A stretch of 64,000 nucleotides of DNA from Takakia lepidozioides (lineage: Eukaryota > Plantae > Bryophyta). The DNA lies in NCBI GenBank assembly GCA_030704615.1, contig CM060734.1, positions 25,234,001-25,298,000 of the forward strand. Reading direction: 5' to 3'. Each line of letters starts with the position of its first letter. Positions within the stretch are counted from its first letter, which is position 1. Below, piece by piece: positions 41,942-52,019 of the stretch. The notes below the pieces were generated by a model. The model was not told the origin of the DNA, made no database searches, and worked only from the letters and a program-made list of their open reading frames with translations. Position numbers and translations under genes: made by a program.

Positions 41942-44900
41942 ATGACGAGGCGTCGTTTGTTGGAGAACACAGGGCCAAGGCAGCAGGTGAACGCGGAGAC
42001 TGATTCACAAGAGCAGACGGAGACTGAGGCAGCGGCTGCGACACAGTCGGCGATAAGAGTGCGCCAGCCTGTGGAGGCAGAGATGAATCGCAGGGACACT
42101 GAAGAAGGTGGAAGCACGCGGAACGCCGAACCTGAAGAAGGTCAAGAAACCCTTGCGCAGACAGAAACTCCAGCAGATGTGAGAGGGAAGAGGAAAGCTG
42201 CAGAAGGGGATCAAATTTCAAAACCTAAGAAGGTGCCAGTAAGTTTTATCATATAGTCTGTCTGATTGCCTTTCAAGGAGTCCTTCCTCTTCCATTCTTT
42301 AGCAGGAACTACTGAATCGCGAGCGTCGTTAACGCCATTCGATTCTCCTCATGAGATTTATGTACCTATGTGTTTGAAGAGAGAGTCTGCACTTACTATT
42401 CTCCCTAACTACAATGATTGTCGTTGCCGCCAATCAGTTGCACATATATTCATTACACAACACCGATCCGGCAGGTTGTTATCTTTTGTGATTGTCGTTA
42501 ACGCCGTTCGCTATCGCTCTCGCTTTTGTTTTGAATACGGCAGTCTCGGCTTTGCATGTGTAGATTGTGCTGAATTCTTTCACACCATTCATGGTGAGTT
42601 TCCTTGATACAGAGTGATTGTCGTTACCGCCATTCACTATTTGCAAATCACTTAGTCAGAACTGAATGGCATCGTGCAGAAAACTGTGAGGTCGAAGCCT
42701 ACAGGATCAGAGGGGAAAGGATCTGGAGATGGGGACGAGTCCGCAAAAAGCTCAGAGAATACAGATGAAGCAGATGAATCCGAAGTGCACTACCTTGACA
42801 AGGTGAAAGAACTCATGTCATTCCAGAAGGTAAACTCTCAGGAGGTTATAAGGGACATGCTCGTATCTGGAGGGCGTCTGGACATACCTCTGTGCCGGAT
42901 GATATCAATGCCTGTTGTGCGTCCACCTCTTTCCCATGACATAACAAAATTGGAGAGTGATTTTGTGCATGGATATAGACTTGGTGCACAAGTTTTTTAT
43001 GTGTCACTGACGGATATAAATGGGAAAAGCACATTAGTTTCTCCAGAGATCAGTGATAACTGGGATGAGTGCTGGAAAGATGCCAATGAGGAGTTCGAGC
43101 TGGGCCTCATGATGGGAAAGAACACCCAGCAATTTTGCAACCACATGTTCTACGTCTGGGACGGCAACCACCGATTGCTGGCATGGATGGGATACATTCA
43201 GAAACACCATTCGAAAGACAAAGACAAGCATGTTGCTGTGGAGGCAATGGTTTTGGATCCAGGAAACGACATCGCTAGGCTTCTTACAGCTATGCACGAC
43301 GTGAACAAGTAAGTCATCCAGGAGATTTGATTCCCTCTGTAGTGTCTTGTTAATCCTCAAAAAACAGTGTTAAGGAATGCAATGTTTCCAATGTTTTTGC
43401 AGATCGACAGAGAAATCGCATGTGACAACAAGCTTGGTTCACACACTATTCCGAATTCAGAGGATTGGTCTGATGAAGCTGGATGATTTTCGGACAGTAC
43501 TACCACCCAATATCATCAAGAAGTGCGAAACAGGAAGAGCTGCAGGCACTTGGTATTCTTTGACACGAGAGGCGTTTCTGGAGTACATGTATGCGGTAAG
43601 CCCGAGTCTGTAATCTGTTTACTTTTCGAATACATGTTTAGAGTCCCTTCGGAGCTAATCACTACTTGAATGAATGCAGCAAGAACTGGCAGAGGCAGCT
43701 GAGAAGGGAAAATCCGAATATTACCGCACTACACCAGAGGAACTAAGGACATCAAAGGGTGTGGAAGCTGCAATAAAGAAGGAGTTTGAGATGCGAAGAA
43801 CCAAATTGATGTCAGCCTTCGGAAAGCAGCTTAGAATAGTAGATCCTGGACTTGGTCCTGAGTTCCTTCAGCAGATCAAAACACACTATGACAAGCATGT
43901 GCATCCGGAGATGCAGCAGGAGAAATTGCACCGGCTGGCCATATCGATGGTCGACCCACAAACAAAAATAAGGTGGCTGGAGATATGGAACTCAGATCAA
44001 ACAGTAAAGGACTTGAATCAGTTCCCAAAGAGCACCATACAGCCTGGCACAAAGGTGGAAGGAATCAGTGATTTGGTGTTTGATAACTGGCTCCACAAGG
44101 CTACATTTTGGAGTCAGGTGTGTATTCGAACATGCTGTTTCTTCTCTTCAAGTATGTGATGTTTTCTTTTTTGCAATTCTGAAAAATATACTATTTGCAG
44201 CTCGAAAAGCGCGCGTATCATTTTGCTGGATCAGACTTTGAACCTGAACATTGCGTTTGTCCTTCCCCAAATGTCATTGGAGGACCAAACATAGGATTGG
44301 AAGGTCTCACCTGGAGATACTGTTTTTTCCGGGAGTTCTCCAAAGATGGTAACATTTTACGGTCCAACGACTTTGACAGTCAGGTTGGAGGAGAGTGGGC
44401 CATGATGCGAGTTGTGTACAGGTGCAATGTCATACTTGAAACTCTATTTTTTTTGGGAAAAAATGTGGCTTCATATGGATTGCAATCTTAGATCCAGATT
44501 GAATGTCGTTGACGACATTCACTTCTTTGTCTGAGTCATTCTTAAGCGAGTATATGAATTCACCTGGTTAGGATCTAAGGGTGGGTGCAATTATATTGTC
44601 CCTGATTAGAATTGATAATGTCCTTGAATGGCGTTGACGACATTCACATACGGAGTTGTTGTGAGGTCCTCAAGGTTATTTAAATTTTTGTAATGTCCAT
44701 AGAGGTTACAATGAGGGTTCCTCACTTCATTTTGCTGAATGTCAATGCAGACATTCAGTTGTTCTGCATTGTTTTTTCCTCTTGCGATGAATATGGAGGC
44801 TTGATAAGCTCTGTTTTAAGAAATCCAAAGTGAATGTCGTTGACGACATTCACAGCTGTGTCTGTATTATTCAAAGCGACAAATTCAATTTACATGGATT

Positions 44901-47573
44901 GGGGAGCTAGTAAGTAATTGGTTTCTTTTTTGTATTTTTGTGAATGGCGTTGACGCCATTCACATACAGTGATGTTGTGAGGTCCTCAGTGATAGGTTCG
45001 TTATGAATGTGCATTGAGTTTTCCTGGATGGTTCCTTACTCAATTTTTTTTATTCCATCCTGTGATTTTGCTTCATTTAAGTAATAATTTGGCTTCATTC
45101 TTGAATGTCGTTGACGACATTCACTTCTATGTCTGTGTCATTTCTAATCGATTATTTGCATTCACCTGGATTAGGATGTATTTACAGTGTCATGGAATGG
45201 AATGTTCTGAATGGCGTTGACGACATTCATATCTGGAGCAGTAGTGTGGTCCTGAAAGGTCCTTGGAGCAGTTGTCAGAGCCATTTCAATCCTGTTTTAT
45301 TCTTTCTGTTCTACTTGCATCTTACTCACTGAGCGCTTTTGTGGGTTGGGATTCATCTCCTTTTTTCAGGTACACGAAATATGTGCTTATGGAAGGAAAT
45401 CACCTGAGCGGAATTCCCGACTATCTTGACATGTGGTCGGACCCTGCAAACGATCCAACCATGTATACTGCAGGGATATTGAAGGACTGGAGTCCTTCTC
45501 ACTTCAGAGACTGTGGGTGGTACCTTGACTGCCCACCTGAGCACACGACCTTTCAAGAACAGCATATGAAATACTTGAACAATAACGCTGAGATGCTGGC
45601 GCCTTTGACTGACGAAGAGTATCAACGAAACATAGCAACTTGGCTGCCAAGGAGCCTGATGCTCAGGGAACGCCGCAGAAGGGAAAGAAAGGGGGCCGCA
45701 AACCAAAAGACAAGGCTGTTGATGTCATAGCCATCTCACCAGCAAAGCCAAAGGACAAAGACAAGTCCAAAGAGAAGGAAAAGGACAAGGGGAAGGAGAA
45801 TGAAAGGAGATGGAGAGTGGGCAGGACTTTAGTGCTGGAAGATATACCCGCACTCTTCAGTGCGTGTTCGATGCCAAGCCAACCCTTCCCGTTTGATGAT
45901 TCAGCAGGAGGAGAGATGAAAATTGTTAATGAGGGTTGGCTTTCGATGATGCAGAGTCGAAAGAGAGGATACACTGGGGTGCCATCCCCTACCTGGACAA
46001 TATAATCTCATTCCTCAATCTGGTGAGAATTCCAGTTACTTTCTTTCTCTGAAAGTTTCGTTGGCAGTAGTATTTCAGTCTCGTTCTTTGAAAAACTTTT
46101 GCATCGTTCTTATAAAAACATGTCTGTTTGCAGCGTGAGCACAGGTCCCACCTTCGTGTGCGGTGTGCATAAAACTTATGCGGCCGACTTGTCATTTCGA
46201 CATCCCGGATGGGCCAGGCTGTGCCAGAAGTTCTTCCAAAGGGCAAGACGCCAGGCTGGAACAAATTCGAGGACAACTACTGGAGTTGGGTGTCGGGTCT
46301 GTAACAAATTTCCTCTCTGATGCAGGGACACTCTGCTTTTTCAGTCATGTGACATGATAGTCGTCGGGCATTGGCATCATACCTCAAGTCTTCAGGGTTT
46401 GTTGAAGTTGTTGCCGGCACATGGAATTGTACTTATGTGACAGCCTCTACCTGTGAAAAGGGGGTGGTTTTTCCGGGTCACCCTTCTGCTTGTGCTTTGA
46501 TCATGAGTTTCAATTTTCTCTGCAGCTCCACTCTAGTAGAATGTTTTATGATCGACACCGATCATCAACGATTCATGATTTTTTTTGTGTCAGAGTTCTG
46601 AATAGCCGATGTACACACTTCCACTTTAGATTGTGTTTACCACACTAACCTGCTATCTTTGGCAGACGAGGATGTTCGAGGCGATCTGCCTGCGGAGGAT
46701 TCGCACATCAAAGACACCATCCTCCATCCGCAGCTTTGAGATTTCTGACCAGGTGTTTTTCGTCAACCCCCCCTATGAGCCCCATGTCGATGACATTTTG
46801 TACAACTTCATGCAGTCCAGTCAGACTCTGAAGAGACCAGATGGCACTCCCTGGAGAGGTGCAAAGGAAAAGTCACCAGCATTCATGCAAATACTGCTGG
46901 AGTCATGCAGCCACCGCTCTGCACGGGTGGTCGATCTTTCTGTGTCCACAGGTTCGTTTTTTCCCTTCCGAATTGGTTTCTTTCTTCAACAGTTTCATCT
47001 GCTTAAATCCCCCCCTCCAAACTGTTCATGTTCTCCTGTCTGGTGCAGGAGCAACTTACCACGCATGCAAGGCAGGCGGAAGAAGCCTTTTTGGCATGGA
47101 GGGTGATTCTGACCTCTACAACACCGTGCTCCTCCCCCTTTTGTCTGGCTCCACTTCAGGCACACAGACTGATCGGATTCAAATTCGAAATGATGACGAT
47201 CCCGAAGATAAGCAGGTCGACAACGACTTTTCATGTGAGTAAGTGCTAAACCCTCTTTGGGAGTCATACTCAATTTCTCGATAACATCAAAGTTACAGTA
47301 ATAACTTTTTCAGGCTGTCTTTCAGGAAAGCCAGCGGTGGATCTTCAGGAGATACAGTTCATTTCTGGCGAGTCTGTTTTCGACAGCCCCCTTTCCAATT
47401 TTCTGCTCCTTGTTTATGCCGAAGCAATGGCACTTCACGCGGCCGAGTCCCTATCCCCCTGACTTTTAGTGGCCAGCCGTAGGTGTATCCAGCGTGGATC
47501 CGGTGTTCTAAAATACTTAGACTTAGATGCAGAGGAAGAGGGGATACATTGTACTGACTCTGAGTCAGACTGA
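41942..47573 (+). CDS. ParB/Srx-like domain fused to beta-class amino-DNA-methyltransferase-like domain (element 1 accessory gene)
   Basis: Exons 41942-42232, 42680-43308, 43403-43595, 43680-44117, 44201-44421, 45370-~46022, 46134-~46470, 46666-46951, 47049-47234 and ~47314-47573, with GT-AG borders. ParB signature VRP...L...FYVWDGNHRLLAW. MTase motif IV-like ADL(VI)FDIPDG, then FLSDAGTLCFF, then EKSPAFMQILLESCS...VVDLSVSTGATYHACKAGGRSLFGMEGD, which parallels QKP..L...LI...S..GD.VLDPFxGSGTT..AA...GR.FIG.E.D. Several 1-nt frameshifts lie at 45650-46400. Confidence 0.8.
44422..45369. repeat. Intronic array of 20-bp palindromes GAATG(T/G)CGTTGACG(A/C)CATTC
   Basis: Motifs start at 44501, 44626, 44737 (variant), 44832, 44942, 45103 and 45209. 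Spacers recur with a ~320-bp three-unit period. The array fills intron 5. Confidence 0.92.
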
Positions 47574-47689
47574 ACTGTATTTTTTAATATTCATTTTCAT
47601 ATTATCTGGAAACGTTGAATCCCCTTCCTCTACCGTAGTTGTTCCTTTAGAACAAAATAATATCACAGAATCAACTTTCGTTTAAATTG

Positions 47690-48060
47690 CTATATGTATG
47701 AATCCATCTCACAAACCTTCCTGACTCTTCTCATATCCATTGTGCATTCATCTACACTGTATTCATGCGTGCTCCATTCATGAAAGCTTCCTTTGTACAA
47801 CATCCATTGTACATTCATCCTCTGTACTCTTTAATCCACCCCACAAACCTTCCACACTCATTTCATATACTTTGTGCATTCGTCAAAAGATTTGGTCATG
47901 CATCTTCCTGTCATGAATTTTTGTCATTGCTCAACATCCATTATACATTCATCCATTTTACTCTTATCCATCCGTCATTCATCCATCTACATACATTTTT
48001 TCACACTCATCCATCTGTTTATCATCCAACTGTACATTCATCCATCCTTTATTCAATCCT
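47690..48060. repeat. TTCATCCA-rich low-complexity tract
   Basis: Many CATCCA/TTCATC copies downstream of the ParB-MTase gene. Confidence 0.7.
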
Positions 48061-48194
48061 TTTATTATGTCGTCCAGCTTGTTTCCGCGGTAAAGGGTGC
48101 CAATCCGCGGGAATACACTCCACTTCTTTCTGGGGTGCGTGGTGACTCGCCTTCACGTTTGATGACGTGGACTGAGCCCGTGACGTGGCATTTG

Positions 48195-48694
48195 NNNNNN
48201 NNNNNNNNNNNNNNNNNNNNNNNNNNNNNNNNNNNNNNNNNNNNNNNNNNNNNNNNNNNNNNNNNNNNNNNNNNNNNNNNNNNNNNNNNNNNNNNNNNNN
48301 NNNNNNNNNNNNNNNNNNNNNNNNNNNNNNNNNNNNNNNNNNNNNNNNNNNNNNNNNNNNNNNNNNNNNNNNNNNNNNNNNNNNNNNNNNNNNNNNNNNN
48401 NNNNNNNNNNNNNNNNNNNNNNNNNNNNNNNNNNNNNNNNNNNNNNNNNNNNNNNNNNNNNNNNNNNNNNNNNNNNNNNNNNNNNNNNNNNNNNNNNNNN
48501 NNNNNNNNNNNNNNNNNNNNNNNNNNNNNNNNNNNNNNNNNNNNNNNNNNNNNNNNNNNNNNNNNNNNNNNNNNNNNNNNNNNNNNNNNNNNNNNNNNNN
48601 NNNNNNNNNNNNNNNNNNNNNNNNNNNNNNNNNNNNNNNNNNNNNNNNNNNNNNNNNNNNNNNNNNNNNNNNNNNNNNNNNNNNNNNNNNNNNN
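48195..48694. other. Assembly gap (500 N)
   Basis: Run of n. Contiguity across it is not established. Confidence 1.
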
Positions 48695-49700
48695 CACATA
48701 GAACTCTTGACATTACAAAACAGGACATGCAGTGTGGGTGGTTCTTTGCAATGCGCACACTTAAATGTGGAGTTCGAACCTTCTCCTGAGGCTCGAAAAT
48801 GGTTGATGAAGACTGTGCTGTCAATCGGTTTCGTTCCGTGACCCTATGGATTTAAAGTGGAAGCAGTTGGGGAGAAACACCGCAACGCGCCCGCAAAACA
48901 ACGTAGGCACCCGCACACCATCGAGCATTTCATGCTGGTGGTTTTGGTAACGCACCAAGGATGCCGTCATGTTTTCTATCCATATCTGTCAACATTCCGG
49001 ACGCCCTCGAGTAGTCCGCCCGAGGAGGAGGGAACTCAAAGAAGATATTACCACGACGTCAGCGGGAAGGCATGTAACCGAATTTAATTGCGGAACTTGC
49101 TGTAGTCCAGCCAGCCAGCTCCGACCGGTGTCTCTCCAGGTGAAGCCCTCGCAGAATTTCAAGAATAGATCGAACTGCGGTGCTCGTGCGGGAATATGAC
49201 TCCCTCCTCCACTGACGTCCATTGAGGACTTGCCTGATCTCAGGCGACCTCGGAACTTCATGACCTCGTCTGAGTCGGACGGTTGTGAACAACCCGGTTC
49301 TCGCTCGTCTTCATGGATGGGTTCGGGCTCTGGATTTACTTCGTTCGGACTTCTCTCTTTGAGGTAGCCACTCTCTGATTCGCGGATTGTTTCGTGGAAG
49401 GCGCCAGGATAGAAGGTGCATGTGGCGGGCAAATGAAGTCCCCAACAGCCCTGTATATGACGTTGTCCGATGGTGGAAACTCGCCATTCCTTGCCATCGC
49501 CGAAATCATCGTGGAGCACATACTCCGACACAAGGCCGTTTGAGTCCTCCTTTCCTCCTCCAAAAAAAACCGACCCCGGTTTCAGGTGGTATCGAACGCA
49601 CAAGATATTTATCCATCAAACCGCAGATGTCCCCTCTGCACGAAATGACGCTCTATGCCTCGTGAGGAGGGCAGTACACTGTAGCGCTCGGGTTTCCGCC
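48695..49700 (-). pseudogene. 5' part of a second MULE transposase (element 2), truncated by the gap, many frameshifts
   Basis: RYHLKPGSVFF...EWRV, GNIFFEFPPP...DMDRKHDG(H)PWCVTKT...GALRC...FKCAHCK parallel RFQLQNGSIFL...QWRV, GDILFELPPP...GMDKKHDGHPWCRTKT...GHLRC...FVCKFCK of element 1. Confidence 0.8.
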
Positions 49701-49994
49701 ATGGGAGATGTGCACCACAAGATGCAGGATGGCGTGGGGGGGAAGCTCCCTGGTAGATGGGAAGGGGGCAGCGATGGAAGGAATGCGTTGACGATTTGCG
49801 AGCGACGAAGCCTGATCCAACTCAGGGAGCCAACTATCTCAAAAATCCACAGTCAGAGTGTTAATGAACCTTGTCTCCGGAATCGGCCCTGGTCTTTGCA
49901 CAATAACTGCAACGGTATGCAGTCGAAAGTGGGGGGCCGTCCGGATGATGACGGCTGAAGGGGAGAGCCGGCACCGTTGCCGTCACATTACTAC

Positions 49995-51310
49995 CCCCGA
50001 ATGGAAATGCGGCACCCAATATCCAACAGGGGCCGCACGGATGAAGTCGTCTGGGGCGAGATGCCGCAACTGTCCGACAGAGAAACATCCCCCGGACGGA
50101 AATTCAACGCCGAATTCCTTTCGGATCCCCCCAAGGAAGTCCTGTCGGGGGTTCAGGCCGAAAACTGGCGACATCAAAACCTACGTGGATGTAAAAACGG
50201 CGCCGAATTTCCATCCGAGGCTTTCGGATGCAGTCGGCTCGGGGGAAAGGCCGCACATCTGGCCCTCACTTTACAACCCCCGGACGGAAATTCGGCACCG
50301 AATATACAACGGGGAAGCCCGGATGAAGTCGCCTCGGCGCAGAGGCCGGCGAGTGTTGCGACAGAGAACACCCCCTGGATGGAGATTCGGCGCCGAATTT
50401 CCATCCGGGCCCCCAAAGGAAGTCGTGTCGGGGGTCAGGCCGAAAACTGGCCGGCATAAAAACATCCCCAGATGGAAAAACGGCGCCGAATTTCCATCCG
50501 GGGCGGTTCGGATGCAGTCGGGGAGGGGGGAGAGGCGGCACCTGGCCGTCACATTTCAACCCCCAGACGGAATTTCGCACCGAATATCCAACAGGGACGC
50601 CCGAATGAAGTCGCCTCGGGCGTAGAGGCCGTGGCACGTGTTCGACAGAGAGCATCCCCTGATTGAGATTCGTCGCCGAATTTCCATCCAGACAGGGTAA
50701 GTCGGAATCGCTGGCGTAGGGATATTCGGCGCCGAATTACCTTCCTGCAGGTAAGTCTGGAGTCGCGGAATTACCTGCAGGAAGGTAATCAGCGCTTCGA
50801 AAGTCATGGGAATGGAAATTCGGCGCCGAATATCCATACGCCAGGATTCCAAGTACCTGCTGGATGGAAATCCGGAGCCGAATTGCCATCCATCCGGGAC
50901 TCAACTTACCTGCTGGATGGAAATTCGGCGCCGGATTTCATCCATCGGGAGCGAATTACTGTGTCAGGGAAATTTGGCGCGCCGCCCTACCTGCGCGGAT
51001 GGAAATCCGGCGCCAGATTTCCATCCATCCGCTTCTGAATACCTGCGTGAGGGAATTTGGCGCGCCGCCCTACCTTCGCGGATGCAAATCCGGCGGCGGA
51101 TTTGCATCCATCCGCTTCCGAATTACCTGCGTGAGGGAAATTTTCGCGCCGCCCGCCTACCTTGCAGGATGGAAATTCGGCGCTGAATTTCCATCCTGAC
51201 CTGCGCTCCGAATACCTGCAGGATGGAAATCCGGCGCCGGATTCCATCCTGCAGCGCTCCGAATTACCTCTATGTTGGAAATTCCCGGGCCGAGTTCCGT
51301 CGATTTTCAT
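49995..51310. repeat. Intergenic array of ~18 palindromes, consensus GGATGGAAATTCGGCGCCGAATTTCCATCC
   Basis: Copies at about 50000, 50095, 50187, 50282, 50377, 50470, 50566 and 50661 (92-96 bp spacing, three-unit higher order), then more densely to ~51300. It lies between the divergent transposase and ParB-MTase genes. Confidence 0.92.
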
Positions 51311-52019
51311 CCGACATGGAGGGCTTCATCCGACCTTTAATTGCGCAGTTGGGCAATAAATGTCCACCGCATCCGTTTTCATTCGGGCTGGGACACATGG
51401 CTTCCTGGATATGTACCCTAAATCTGATGCCAATCTTGGCTTAACATGCTATTCGAGGCATGTATCCAAAAACGGAGATCTTTTTCCATTTGGCTGGGAC
51501 TTATGCCGCCTGAAGGCGTGGCTCTCCTGAGAGGACCTCACATCCAGACCGCGCGGAAGTTGAAAGCTCTGTACTACGGACGACGGCAATCTCTCGCATG
51601 GCAAACTGAAGCTCCAGCAGGGATTCCACGTGTTGCTCACAACCTGCGCCAACTGAAGCCGAGTACTCTCAGGCAAGCCACTTCTGCTTTCGCTTTGTTC
51701 GATTTCTTTTTTGCTTTCGCTTTGTTGCCTCGCTTTGTTTTTGCATCTTCATCCTAGGCTTCGCTGGATGAGTGAACTTTAGATAGTTGAGTGACCTTAG
51801 ATTGTTTGCAATGCGTGTGCAAATCCGGAGCTCTGGAGAAGGCTGCTTGTGCATGTCATTCTCAGGCAATGGTTGCATTTGTTTTCATTGTGTTGCTGGC
51901 TCTCCATACTTCCTAAACTTGTTATGTTTTCTTTTTGTTACACGATTGTTGCTATGGGGTTGCGCTGCTCGTTGCGATGCTGGTTTTTGCACGATGTTGG
52001 TTTTTCACGATTTTTGGGA

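Noticed and set aside
44422-45369. CRISPR array
   Set aside because: The spacers are related to each other with a three-unit period and are too long. There are no cas genes, and the array lies in a spliceosomal intron.
47874-48841. Long ORFs containing X runs
   Set aside because: Artefacts of the N gap.
49995-51360. Many overlapping ORFs (MEIRRRISI..., DGNSAPNFHP...)
   Set aside because: These are translations of the palindromic repeat on both strands, not genes.
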